This document shows positions 18,555 to 28,384 of a stretch of DNA of 32,873 bases, piece by piece (within the stretch, counting starts at the first letter, position 1; every line of letters starts with the position of its first letter). The stretch covers positions 1-32,873 of the forward strand of contig JBLWGC010000052.1 in assembly GCA_048772705.1 (NCBI GenBank), given 5' to 3'. The notes beneath the pieces were generated by a model, which worked only from the letters and a program-made list of their open reading frames with translations, ran no database searches and had not been told where the DNA came from. This stretch comes from Leidyana gryllorum EB-2025a. Taxonomy: Eukaryota > Protista > Apicomplexa. A program made the translations under genes and the position numbers.

Positions 18555-18627
18555 TACAGCCACCGAGGATCGAATTCGGGACCTTCTGCGTGTGAAGCAG
18601 ACGTCGTAACCACTAGACCATGGCTGC
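18555..18627 (-). tRNA. tRNA-Val-CAC: tRNA-Val(CAC)
   Basis: Loop TTCACAC; T-arm substitution. Confidence 0.8.
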
Positions 18628-18912
18628 GTGGATGGTCCCCGCAGCCCAAGAGAAGTGGCGAAGCTTCAGGGAGTAGTGAGGACCAGTTCAAGGGTCGCGC
18701 CGGGATCGAACCCAGGTCGGAAAATCCAAAGTGTCGAGTGCTAACCATCAAGGACGCAACCGGTTCAGCCCATCCCAGAAGAGTCGGACTAGCGCTTCCT
18801 CAACTGGACACATGCAACACGGGTCTTGTATACAGACCCCAGCGTCAAGAGTTGGATTCGAGTCGGGCAAAAACCCAATCATTCAACCAGTTGCGCTCTC
18901 CCCGAATGCTAC

Positions 18913-18994
18913 CGACAAGGGTGAGATTCGAACTCACGCGGGTGGAACCCAACGGCTTAGCAGGCCGCCGCCTTAACCACTCGGCCACCTTGCC
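18913..18994 (-). tRNA. tRNA-Ser-GCT: tRNA-Ser(GCT)
   Basis: Intact; loop CTGCTAA. Confidence 0.94.
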
Positions 18995-19103
18995 GACGAC
19001 ATCTCTTACTCGCTGGCACTTTTTCACAACGGTTTGGGGTCCTAGTCAAGCTTGCTGAACCGTATGTGACATCACTGGCCGCAAAATGCCGAGCTCGACA
19101 GGT

Positions 19104-19185
19104 GGCAACTTGCCCGAGTGGTTAAGGGGGTAGACTCGAAATCTACTGGGCCTGGCCCGCGGTGGTTCAAATCCAGCAGTTGTCG
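19104..19185 (+). tRNA. tRNA-Ser-CGA: tRNA-Ser(CGA)
   Basis: Loop CTCGAAA; one T-stem mismatch. Confidence 0.88.
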
Positions 19186-19249
19186 TGCGATGTGGTGGAA
19201 ATGATGCAATTCCCAGCATCAAAAACTCATATGGGTCGAGACAGGGAAT

Positions 19250-19321
19250 GCCTCCTTAGCTTAGGGGCAGAGCATTCGCTTTGTAAGCGAAAGGTCGCTG
19301 GTTCGATTCCGGCAGGAGGCT
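19250..19321 (+). tRNA. tRNA-Thr-TGT: tRNA-Thr(TGT)
   Basis: Intact; TTCGC TTTGTAA GCGAA. Confidence 0.93.
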
Positions 19322-19740
19322 TCAGTCATTAGCCTAAACATGGTTGCGATCATCCGCCCGCATTTTCGGATGGCGGCTTGCACACAGCACTCCATCTTGC
19401 CGAAGTGTTACCCGTTTCCTGTCCGTGTTAGACAGCCTATCGATGGATCAAAGGGTACAAAACCCGATAGCCTGACATGTGAAGTGGCTCTACTCCCAGA
19501 GCTGGAACTTCCGTAGTATGTGGGAGCCGCGTGTCAGCCCAACAGACTACAAAGGTTGGAGTGACGGGACAGAAAGCGAGCTGGCAACATGGCCAAATGC
19601 ACTACTTTTGAAACCTCACCACTCCTCTTGGGCTGCGGGGACCATCCGTGCAGCTATGATCTAGTGGTCACGACGTACACGGCCGTTTTGCTTCAAGTGA
19701 GGAGGCAGGATCGAGTTGAGTGAGTATGAGGGGCAGTTCT

Positions 19741-19812
19741 GGGTACGTAGCTCAGTGGTAGAGCAGCTGACTGCAGATCAGCAAGTCCGTGGTTCAACTC
19801 CGCGCGTGCCCT
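19741..19812 (+). tRNA. tRNA-Cys-GCA: tRNA-Cys(GCA)
   Basis: GGGTACG/CGTGCCC; loop CTGCAGA. Confidence 0.93.
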
Positions 19813-19949
19813 GAAGATGGAATGAAACGTTCGAAGATGTTGGCTCAGCCATACCGTCATGTGATCGAGACAGGGCCTGCCTGGTTAGCTGAGGGGCAGA
19901 ACGCTCGCACGGGCGCGAGGGATTTTGACACTAGATGTCACAACCTCTC

Positions 19950-20022
19950 TGCCTCGGCTGTGGATCGAACACGGGACTTCCAGATCTTCAGTCTGGCGCT
20001 CTCCCAACTGAGCTACCGAGGC
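19950..20022 (-). tRNA. tRNA-Phe-GAA: tRNA-Phe(GAA)
   Basis: Loop CTGAAGA; one T-stem mismatch. Confidence 0.9.
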
Positions 20023-20408
20023 GCTAGAAACCCTTGAAACGCGGTGAAGATAGGCACTCACCGCAGCCCTCTGTGGAGCCACTGCCCGCGGGATGTCCAA
20101 TACAACACCAAGACCACAAGTGCGGTTCAGAGAGTAGGGTTCGGCAGAACCCGGCCCTAAGAGGTTTCGAACTTATCGATGCATTAAAGCCTTCTGTCGG
20201 AATCGAGCCGCCGACGTCTCGTTTACGAAGCAAACGCTCTGCCCCTAAGCTTACAAGGGAATCCAAGAAGGAAATCACGCATCTAAGCCCGTTGAGGGAG
20301 GTTGTTGAAGTACTCCAAGGACTTCCACTGCCCCTCATGTGATCGAGACAGGGGCTGCCTGGTTAGCTGAGGGGCGAGGAATGCTGACACCAGATGTCAC
20401 GACCTCTC

Positions 20409-20481
20409 TGCCTCGGCCGTGGATCGAACACGGGACTTCCAGATCTTCAGTCTGGCGCTCTCCCAACTGAGCTACCGAGGC
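20409..20481 (-). tRNA. tRNA-Phe-GAA: tRNA-Phe(GAA)
   Basis: Intact cloverleaf. Confidence 0.94.
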
Positions 20482-20587
20482 GCTAGAAAGTCATGGAAGG
20501 CGGTGAAAATAAGCACTTAGCGCGACCTTATGTGGGGCCAACTCAGGCATGAATTGTTGGAATGGTGAAAAACAAGCACGTGTCCTC

Positions 20588-20658
20588 TGCATCTGCCGGG
20601 AATCGAACCCGGGTCGTCTCGATGGCAACGAGACATTCTACCACTAGACCACAGATGC
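20588..20658 (-). tRNA. tRNA-Gly-GCC: tRNA-Gly(GCC)
   Basis: Reverse complement of 826-896. Confidence 0.95.
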
Positions 20659-20830
20659 GTGACACCTTGTTGTTGAAGCTCGTACACGGTAACGGCCGTT
20701 TTCTGAACGAATGGAATGTCCGTGGCGTGTTCAGAGCGTCCGAGATAGCATAGTGGTTACTATTTTCGCATGTCACGCCTAAGAAGCGGGCCCGATGCCG
20801 GTAAATGAGTCTGGAACGGGGGATGGTTTT

Positions 20831-20902
20831 GAGCCTACGGCGCAACGGTAGCGCGTCTGACTCCAGATCAGAAGGTTGGGTGTTCAAATCACTCTGGGCT
20901 CA
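20831..20902 (+). tRNA. tRNA-Trp-CCA: tRNA-Trp(CCA)
   Basis: GAGCCTA/TGGGCTC; loop CTCCAGA. Confidence 0.88.
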
Positions 20903-20938
20903 ACCGGACTCTATGTTTTTCCCGTTTGGGGCGCAACC

Positions 20939-21018
20939 TGACAAAAGTGGGATTCGAAGCCACGATCTTTCGGACTCCGGTCTGAGCACAGCGCCTCAGA
21001 CCACTCGGTCACCTTGCC
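20939..21018 (-). tRNA. tRNA-Leu-CAG: tRNA-Leu(CAG), variant/degenerate
   Basis: Copy of 14574 variant with G53 change. Confidence 0.62.
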
Positions 21019-21112
21019 GGGATGTTGTTGACTCGCCGCTCCACACGTTTTCTGTGCTTGAAATCTCATAATGGAAGAACTTTTGGGGTTGGAGGCCGGC
21101 GTGTTCAGAGCG

Positions 21113-21184
21113 TCCGAGATAGTATAGTGGTTAGTATTTCCGCCTGTCACGCGGAAGACCCGGGTTCGATTCCCGGTCTCGGAG
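21113..21184 (+). tRNA. tRNA-Asp-GTC: tRNA-Asp(GTC)
   Basis: Intact; TCCGC CTGTCAC GCGGA. Confidence 0.95.
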
Positions 21185-21322
21185 CAGTTCCAGTCCCTCA
21201 CAACTGCTGCAACTCAGATTTTGTCTCAGCTGGTCTGGACTTCATCCGGGATTGTACGAGTGGGAGCCGCGTATAGAAGCCGACCTTGGAGAGACGTGGC
21301 ATTGAGTCAACAACTATCAGAC

Positions 21323-21394
21323 GGGCTGTTCTGGGAATCGAACCCAGGACTTCTTCCACCCGAAGGAAGAATCATACCACTAGACCAAACAGCC
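21323..21394 (-). tRNA. tRNA-Pro-CGG: tRNA-Pro(CGG)
   Basis: Intact; loop TTCGGGT. Confidence 0.93.
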
Positions 21395-21481
21395 GGCTGT
21401 CGGTCGAGCAACCCGCTGAGTACAGTCGAGAGAGTGGTCATACGATGTTGAGAACAAAAAAATCGATGGGGTCTGCGCAAC

Positions 21482-21554
21482 GGGCGACTAGCTCAAATGG
21501 TAGAGCGCTCGCTTAGCATGCGAGAGGTACTGGGATCGATGCCCAGGTCGTCCA
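21482..21554 (+). tRNA. tRNA-Ala-AGC: tRNA-Ala(AGC)
   Basis: Intact cloverleaf. Confidence 0.95.
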
Positions 21555-21828
21555 AACTTCGTAGTCTGCAACTGCCGCTATTTTGCTACAGAGTTGAAAG
21601 CTTTCAAGTGTGCCCTGTACCCCTTGGATAGACTCGGGCACCGCAGGATGTGTGAAGGTTGCCTCAGAGCCCGGATTTCCGAGTTTGTATTTAATAATCA
21701 CACACTCTGCCGACTAAGATACAACAGTTACGATATTTCAAAGGTCAGTAGAGAGACGCGTGTTGCATGTGTCCAGTTAGCGCTAGTCCGGATGGCTCTA
21801 CCAACTCTTTTTTGGGAAGGACTGAATG

Positions 21829-21900
21829 GGTTGCGTGGTGTAGTGGTCAGCACTGGAGACTCTGAATCTCCCGACCTGGGTTCGATTCCCGGCGCGACCT
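21829..21900 (+). tRNA. tRNA-Gln-CTG: tRNA-Gln(CTG)
   Basis: Intact; loop CTCTGAA. Confidence 0.94.
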
Positions 21901-21965
21901 CAAAACTGGTCCTCACTACTTCGTAAAAGCTCGCCACTTCTCTCTTGGTCTGCGGGACCTTCGCT

Positions 21966-22038
21966 GCAGCCATGGTCTAGTGGTCACGACGTCTGCTTCA
22001 CACGCAGAAGGTCCCGAGTTCGATCCTCGGTGGCTGTA
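21966..22038 (+). tRNA. tRNA-Val-CAC: tRNA-Val(CAC)
   Basis: Intact; loop TTCACAC. Confidence 0.94.
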
Positions 22039-22093
22039 GCTCGCAACTTTCAGCGGGCACCAAAAAAGACAATCTTAAGCGAGATCAACTGTG

Positions 22094-22165
22094 CTCCGAG
22101 ACCGGGAATCGAACCCGGGTCTTCCGCGTGACAGGCGGAAATACTAACCACTATACTATCTCGAA
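22094..22165 (-). tRNA. tRNA-Asp-GTC: tRNA-Asp(GTC)
   Basis: Near-intact cloverleaf. Confidence 0.92.
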
Positions 22166-22259
22166 CGCTCCGAACACTCCAGCCTGAAACCCCAAAAGTC
22201 CTTCCATCTTGAGATTCCAGGGATAGAAAACGCGTGGAGCAGCGAGCCAACAACATCCC

Positions 22260-22339
22260 GGCAAGATGACCGAGTGGTCTGAGGCGCTGTGCTCAGACCG
22301 GAGTCCGAAAGGTCGTGGGTTCGAATCCCACTTTTGTTA
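22260..22339 (+). tRNA. tRNA-Leu-CAG: tRNA-Leu(CAG), variant
   Basis: Copy of 14574 variant. Confidence 0.68.
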
Positions 22340-22375
22340 GGTTGCGCCCCAAACGGGAAAAACATAGAGTGCGGT

Positions 22376-22447
22376 TGAGCCCAGAGTGATTCGAACACCC
22401 AACCTTCTGATCTGGAGTCAGACGCGCTACCGTTGCGCCATAGGCCC
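22376..22447 (-). tRNA. tRNA-Trp-CCA: tRNA-Trp(CCA)
   Basis: Intact; loop CTCCAGA. Confidence 0.93.
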
Positions 22448-22619
22448 AAAACCATCCCCCGTTCCAGACTCATTTACCGGCAATCGGCCCGCTTCTTAGG
22501 CGTGACATGCGAAAATAGTAACCACTATGCTATCTCGGACGCTCTGAACACGCCACGCACATTCCATTCGTTCAGAAAACGGCCGTTACCGCGTACGAGC
22601 TTCAACAACAAGGTGTCAC

Positions 22620-22690
22620 GCATCTGTGGTCTAGTGGTAGAATGTCTCGTTGCCATCGAGACGACCCGGGTTCGATTCCCGGCAGATGCA
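22620..22690 (+). tRNA. tRNA-Gly-GCC: tRNA-Gly(GCC)
   Basis: Same sequence as 826-896. Confidence 0.95.
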
Positions 22691-22765
22691 GAGGACACAT
22701 GGTTGCTTTTCCACCATTCAGAAATTCATGCGTGAGTTGGTGTTTAACCCTCCAACCACATCGCA

Positions 22766-22847
22766 CGACAACTGCTGGATTTGAACCAGCGCGGGCCAGG
22801 CCCAGTAGATTTCGAGTCTACCCCCTTAACCACTCGGGCAAGTTGCC
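22766..22847 (-). tRNA. tRNA-Ser-CGA: tRNA-Ser(CGA)
   Basis: Intact; loop CTCGAAA. Confidence 0.94.
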
Positions 22848-22992
22848 ACCTGTCGAACTCGGTATGCCGCAGACAGTGGCTACCAGCACGGCTCTCGCGC
22901 ATGACAAACACGCTGCGTGATATGTGGTCTTGGGCCCTTCAAAGGTCGTAACTTCGAGTATTTAAATACGGTGGGTGCACCCGTACGAAGTT

Positions 22993-23065
22993 TGGACGAC
23001 CTGGGTATCGATCCCAGTACCTCTCGCATGCGAAGCGAGCGCTCTGCCATTTGAGCTAGCCGCCC
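22993..23065 (-). tRNA. tRNA-Ala-CGC: tRNA-Ala(CGC)
   Basis: CTCGC TTCGCAT GCGAG; G3:U70. Confidence 0.92.
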
Positions 23066-23161
23066 GTTGCGCAGACCCGCTAGCGTTTAGGGGCCCTGAC
23101 ATACTATGAGGTGTTTCGAAGAGGGTACGGCTCTCGGCCAAAGCTGCGGCTCAGTGACTTG

Positions 23162-23234
23162 TCCACTGTAGTCTAAGTGGCTAGGATATGCGACTTTCAC
23201 CCGCACGATCCGGGTTCAATTCCCGGCAGTGGAA
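23162..23234 (+). tRNA. tRNA-Glu-TTC: tRNA-Glu(TTC)
   Basis: Loop CTTTCAC; one stem mismatch. Confidence 0.85.
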
Positions 23235-23291
23235 ATCCAGCAGAGTGTGCTTGTAGGCAACGGTTCCACTACTCCCAGAGACATTGATTTG

Positions 23292-23364
23292 CACCGCCCG
23301 CGGGGCTCGAACCCGCGACTGCAAGATTAAAAGTCTTGCGCTCTACCGACTGAGCTAGGGCGGC
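23292..23364 (-). tRNA. tRNA-Lys-TTT: tRNA-Lys(TTT)
   Basis: CAAGA CTTTTAA TCTTG. Confidence 0.94.
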
Positions 23365-23492
23365 AAGGAAGCTCTAAACTTAGTTACACCCTATTTGCCG
23401 GTGGGTGGATCCGTGGAAGTATTGAGTGGTGGAACAATGTGCTTCAGTAACTTCCGTCAATACGGACTCATTCGTGATGTCCAGTTAACATT

Positions 23493-23563
23493 GCCTTCTT
23501 AGCTTGGGGCAGAGCATTCGCTTAGTAAGTGAAAGGTCGCCGGTTCGATTCGGGCAGAAGGCT
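23493..23563 (+). pseudogene. tRNA-Thr(AGT), degenerate
   Basis: A14 deleted; T-stem mismatch. Confidence 0.65.
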
Positions 23564-23611
23564 TGGCTCACGAGCCAATCTATCCTGCAACTGTTCCCTT
23601 CTGCGCACACT

Positions 23612-23683
23612 TAGAAGTGCGTCGTTTCGATCGACGGACCTTTGCGTTATGAGCCTAACACTCTTCCACTGAGCTACACTGCT
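23612..23683 (-). pseudogene. initiator tRNA-Met, degenerate
   Basis: Anticodon-stem and acceptor mismatches. Confidence 0.65.
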
Positions 23684-23980
23684 CAGTCTGCAACATGGAA
23701 GAGGTAGCCGAAATGTGATCCTCGAGATGTTAGTTGCCCTGACTGCCCTACCGAAGCGGGCTAACGAGGTGGCTGTGTTGGTTCTGAGGGCAACATGTCC
23801 GGTCAAGTCAAACGACGACCAATAGGGCTGTTCTGGAATCGAACCCAGGACTCCTTCCACTCTGAGGAAGGATTATATCAGCAGAGCAACAGCCGAATAC
23901 TTGGGTGCATACAACCGGATATACAAATGGAGATTCGAATCTACTGTGGCCTTTTCCAGCTTTTTTGGGATGATCGCCGC

Positions 23981-24064
23981 TGCACAGAATGGGATTCCAA
24001 CCCATGCAGACTTGCGCCTACCAGAACTTGAGTCTGGCCCCTTAGACCACTCGGGCATCTGTGC
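23981..24064 (-). tRNA. tRNA-Leu-CAA: tRNA-Leu(CAA)
   Basis: CCAGA CTCAAGT TCTGG; C56 changed to G. Confidence 0.8.
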
Positions 24065-24335
24065 ATTACTTGCCTTCTGAGTTCCAAAGTGTTAATGGCT
24101 TCCGTTGCGACCGCCAATGTCGTTCTGGCTGCGGTGTGCCGCCCCAAAGTACTCTCACGCCCCGGGGTGCTTAGATGGTAACGTATCTGACTGTAGTGGT
24201 GGCATCAGATATTCCACGAGTAAATTCCGTCCCACCCGAAGTTGAGGAGTGGACTTCTTGCAACGCAGTTCGTCTGACGCTCCTGTTCCATCCCATCCTG
24301 ATCGATGCTTCGCCACCTCCACAGCCTCGCTCAAA

Positions 24336-24408
24336 GTCCGAGTCGTCTAGTGGGTTAGGACAGCACGTTGTGGCCGTGCAAACCCAGGCTCGATTCCTGG
24401 CTCGGACA
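24336..24408 (+). tRNA. tRNA-His-GTG: tRNA-His(GTG)
   Basis: As 11616 with an extra D-loop G. Confidence 0.85.
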
Positions 24409-24704
24409 GTATGTCTCCGGTGTCTCGGATGGAAACTCTTGCCCAGTCGACAACGCTTGATCGCGACACACTCTCATTTAACGCCCCCGTTGATTGGGGG
24501 TATGGCCCAATGGATGTGGCATCGGTCCACGGAAGTGGGGATTGTGTGCTCGAGTCCCAGTAGCGTCTGGCCGAGTGGTCGGGTTTTATGATGCAACTCA
24601 GATTTTGTCTCAGCTGGGCAGACTTCACTCGGGATCGTACGAGTGAGAGCCGCATATCTTAGCCGACCTTGGAGAGACGTGGAGTGAGTCAACAATTGTA
24701 AGAC

Positions 24705-24776
24705 GGGCTGTTCTGGGAATCGAACCCAGGACTCCTTTCACCCTTAGGAAGGAACATACCACTAGACCAGACAGCG
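24705..24776 (-). pseudogene. tRNA-Pro pseudogene
   Basis: U33 lost; stem mismatches. Confidence 0.65.
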
Positions 24777-25025
24777 GAATGGGAAGGGGGATACAACCGG
24801 CTACGTACAGGCGTAAACTCGAAGTGATGGCTAAATCCGCCCTGGAATGATTACCATTGCACAGAATGGGTTCCGCAGCGATGCAGACTTGCGCCCACCA
24901 GAATGCCCTAGTGGGTAAGGCGCTGTCTTCAGACCCCACTCACATGGTCGTTAGTATCTTTCTCCCGCCTTTAAGTTCACTGGCTACCCGAAGAAACCCC
25001 AGACTAATTATTTCGATGCTGCATT

Positions 25026-25106
25026 GCGAGAATGCCCGAGAGGTTAAGGGGGTGGCCTTAAGATCCACTGGTTAATTCCGCGTGGGTTCGAACCCCACTT
25101 CTCGCA
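25026..25106 (+). tRNA. tRNA-Leu-TAA: tRNA-Leu(TAA)
   Basis: GCGAGAA/TTCTCGC; loop CTTAAGA; variable arm; single copy. Confidence 0.85.
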
Positions 25107-26119
25107 TAAGGAGTCGAGTGTCGCTGGGAGAAAGGGTCGGCTACCGGCCGGATTCGCCGTAGTCAGATGCTGTACCAAGTGAGCGAACCCCCGTCGTGTG
25201 ACCCTTGTACATCGAAGTTTGCTCCCGAACAGCCTCTATGAGCACCGCTTGCGGTGCTGCAACCCGCGACTGCAACACGCGAAGAGGCTATCGCTATCTA
25301 TCCAATTCGCCATGTGGGCGGGCAGCATTTCAACAACCTTGGCCAGACAAGACAGAGGCAAGTGACCATACCGGGCTCTGAGCGAAGGCACACGCTCCAC
25401 TCGATATATCAAACAGTCCCTGCGTCCATGGTCTAGCTGTCACGAAGTCTCTCCAGGCAGGGAGTCATGATTGATCCTCGGTGGCTGGAGCTCGCATCTT
25501 TGGAGTGAGCACCGAACGAAGTCTATAGCGAGCTGTGCTGTAAGACCGGCAATCGTACACAGGTGTTCCGCGTGACGGGCGGAAATACTAAAGACTTTGG
25601 TGGACCTGCCCAATGACTTGCATGGCTCCACCCTAAGGCAGATGGACTGTAACTAAGTTTCGCGTTTCCTTGTCGTCCTAGCTCTGTCGGTAGAGCGCAA
25701 GCCTCCTAATCTTGCAGTCGTAGATTGAAGTCCCGTGGGCGGTGCGGACCAATGAGTCGGGAGTAAGAATGCAGTATGTTGCCTACAAGCCCACCCAGCT
25801 GCATTTCCGCTGCCGGGACTCGAACCGGGATGGTGCGGGTAGGAGCCGCATATACTGACCACCTACACTAAAGGGGACGGGTCACCACAGTTGCACTGAC
25901 GAATGAGGGCAGAAAAGGCCTGAAAATCCTGAGTTCTACACAGGAAACCTGGGGCATCACGCGAGAGATCCGCGGATCGATAGCAAGGCTGTGCAGCTTT
26001 GTCACTGGTCCAGCCTCGGACATGATGAAGAAAACGGAAATGATGGCTCTGATCATGTCGGCAGATTTGACACCTATCTAAGGATATAAATCTTCCTTGC
26101 CTGGAAGAAGATTGTAAGT

Positions 26120-26193
26120 GGGTCTTGCAGCTCAGTTGGGAGAGCATGTGGCTGTCAGCCACAAAGTCGCGGGTTCGAAACCTGTGAGATCCG
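26120..26193 (+). pseudogene. tRNA-Asn body with GTC anticodon
   Basis: TGTGG CTGTCAG CCACA; altered acceptor. Confidence 0.6.
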
Positions 26194-26221
26194 GGTCTTA
26201 CGGCGCTTTACTCTCTCCACG

Positions 26222-26283
26222 GCACTTATGGTCTTGGACCCTTCAAAGGTCGTAACTCTGAGTATTTAAATACGGTGGGTGCA
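26222..26283 (+). pseudogene. D-armless tRNA-Gly-derived element with TCA anticodon loop
   Basis: GCACTTA/TGGGTGC+A acceptor; GACC CTTCAAA GGTC. Confidence 0.6.
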
Positions 26284-26296
26284 CCCGTACGCGCTT

Positions 26297-26369
26297 TGGA
26301 CGACCTGGGCATCGATCCCAGTACCTCTCGCATGCTAAGCGAGCGCTCTACCATTTGAGCTAGTCGCCC
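26297..26369 (-). tRNA. tRNA-Ala-AGC: tRNA-Ala(AGC)
   Basis: Intact cloverleaf. Confidence 0.95.
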
Positions 26370-26484
26370 ATTCAGCAAACCCCAGTACATCCAGTTCTTT
26401 TTACATGGTATGACCAATCTCACAACTGCATCGATCATTTTCACCAGTTTGTGCTCCACTTTGCACAAACGAAGGCACGCAGGA

Positions 26485-26557
26485 AACGGCTGGAGGGACT
26501 CGAACCCTCAACCTTTGACTTAGGAGGGCAACGCGCTATCCATTGCACCACAACCGC
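26485..26557 (-). tRNA. tRNA-Arg-CCT: tRNA-Arg(CCT)
   Basis: Loop CTCCTAA; one stem mismatch; single copy. Confidence 0.82.
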
Positions 26558-26657
26558 ATTCGGGACGCACCCGACTTTTGAGTGGGACGAAACCGGGCTG
26601 CCCCGAAGTGTCTCCTGTTTCACCCAACCAGTATCGAGATGACCCAAGCCTATCCAT

Positions 26658-26730
26658 GGTGCGGTGGCCTAATGGATAGGGCATCGGTCTTCGGAACTGG
26701 GAGTTGTGGGCTCGAGTTCCATCCGCATCA
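26658..26730 (+). tRNA. tRNA-Arg-TCG: tRNA-Arg(TCG)
   Basis: Loop CTTCGGA; T54 changed to C; single copy. Confidence 0.75.
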
Positions 26731-26954
26731 TAGCCTCTCACTCGGAAGACATTCCGTTTCGACCGAGGCAAGCTTGCTAGCAGTTTGGGGAGCCACTGCC
26801 GCTCATGTCGAGTTGAAGTGCTAGTGATATGATTTTCTTTCGCTTGTGGGAGTGCTCGAATCGATTCCCGAGAAGTCCGTTTTTGAGTAGGTTGCAGAGA
26901 GCTCGACGCAGAAATCGCCCGAGTCTCTCGGGGTGCTGCATCTCTTTCGCAATT

Positions 26955-27025
26955 GCACTTGTGGTCTAAGGGTACGATGCGACCCTTCCAAGGTCGTAAC
27001 CCGGGTTCGAGTCCCGGCAGCTGCA
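26955..27025 (+). tRNA. tRNA-Gly-TCC: tRNA-Gly(TCC)
   Basis: CGACC CTTCCAA GGTCG; one acceptor mismatch. Confidence 0.87.
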
Positions 27026-27096
27026 GCTGTATGTAGGTCGAACGACCTGTATACCAGTGGAAGTGAGGGGACTGAGTGCCAATACAATACAACGGC

Positions 27097-27176
27097 TGAC
27101 AAGAGTGGGATTCGAACCCACGGCCTTTCGAACTGCGGCCGTAGCACAGCGCCCTAGACCACTCGGCCATCTCGCC
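27097..27176 (-). tRNA. tRNA-Leu body with ACG anticodon
   Basis: CTGTG CTACGGC CGCAG; Leu variable arm, A73. Confidence 0.72.
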
Positions 27177-27282
27177 GGAGTGCTCTTGGCTCGCCACTTT
27201 ACACGTTTTCTGTTCGTGATGTCTCGAGAAGGGACGATATTTTCAACATTCCGGGGCGAAGAGCAATGCACTTTAGACTGCC

Positions 27283-27354
27283 TGTCCGAGCCAGGAATCG
27301 AGCCTGGGTTTGCACGGCCACAACGTGCTGTCCTAACCACTAGACGACTCGGAC
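27283..27354 (-). tRNA. tRNA-His-GTG: tRNA-His(GTG)
   Basis: Same sequence as 11616-11687. Confidence 0.9.
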
Positions 27355-27595
27355 AACCTTTGAGCGAGGCTGTAGAGGTAGCGAAGCATCGATCAGGATG
27401 GAATGAAGTTCACTCCTCAACTCCCGGCGGACGGAATTTGCTCGTCGAATATTTGATGCCACCACTACAATCACGTGCGTTGCCATCTAAGCAACTCGGG
27501 GCGTAAGAGTACTCCGGGGCGGTACACTGCACCCAGAACGACATCGACGTCGCAACGGAAGCCATTAACACTCAGGAACTCAGAAAGAAAGTAAC

Positions 27596-27679
27596 TCACA
27601 GATGCCCGAGTGGTCTAAGGGGCCAGACTCAAGTTCTGGTAGGCGCAAGTCTGCATGGGTTCGAATGCCATTCTGTGCA
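27596..27679 (+). tRNA. tRNA-Leu-CAA: tRNA-Leu(CAA), degenerate
   Basis: G1 and C61 changed. Confidence 0.72.
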
Positions 27680-28311
27680 ACGGTGATCATCCTCGAGAAT
27701 AGGCTGGAAAAGCTACGGTAGATTCGAATCTCTATCTGTATATCCGGTTGCATGCATCCAAGTATTCGGCTATTTGGTCTAGCGGTGGTATCCCTGTCAG
27801 AATGGAAAGAGAAATGGATCCGATTCCCAGAAAAGCTAATTTTGGTGTTGACCTGACATCCCACTGCTTTTCAGGATGGTACGGCTCTCGCCCAAAGCAT
27901 GCACCCGCGCGGACCAGGCCCAATAGAATTCAAATCCACCACCCCTCCAGAACTCGGGATTTTCTTTCCTGCGTGTGTCGTAAGCAGTAGACCATGGCTG
28001 TACGGAGCTTCCGGGCCGTGAACGGGGCGTATGTCTTTCGAAACACGTATCCGATGAGCCTCACAGAAGTTGGACGGCCTGGAGTAGCTCATTTAGAGAG
28101 CATCTAACGCTCCTGTTACATTTCATCCTGATTGATGCCCCACTGCCTTGATAGCTACTTGCAGATTATCCGAGTCGTCTAGTGGTTGGGACAGCAAGCT
28201 GTGGCCGTGCGCAGCCAGGCTCGATTCCCGGCTCGGCCCATATGTCTCCGGTGTCTCGAATGGAACTCTCTCTTGATGGTTATACACTTTCATTCGACGG
28301 CTCCGTTGATT

Positions 28312-28384
28312 GGCCCTATGGCCTAATGGATATGGCATCGGTCTACGGAACCGGGGATTCTGGGTTCGAGTCCCACTGGCGTCT
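28312..28384 (+). tRNA. tRNA-Arg-ACG: tRNA-Arg(ACG)
   Basis: Loop CTACGGA; two stem mismatches. Confidence 0.78.

Larger units (their letters stand above)
20588..22690. repeat. Inverted repeat, ~600 bp arms (20588-21184 / 22094-22690), ~910 bp spacer
   Basis: Gly, Trp, Leu and Asp coordinates sum to 43278. Confidence 0.9.

Noticed and set aside
26222-26283. Selenocysteine tRNA
   Set aside because: The loop CTTCAAA resembles Sec, but the element lacks the long D, variable and extended acceptor arms and aligns to the local Gly(TCC).
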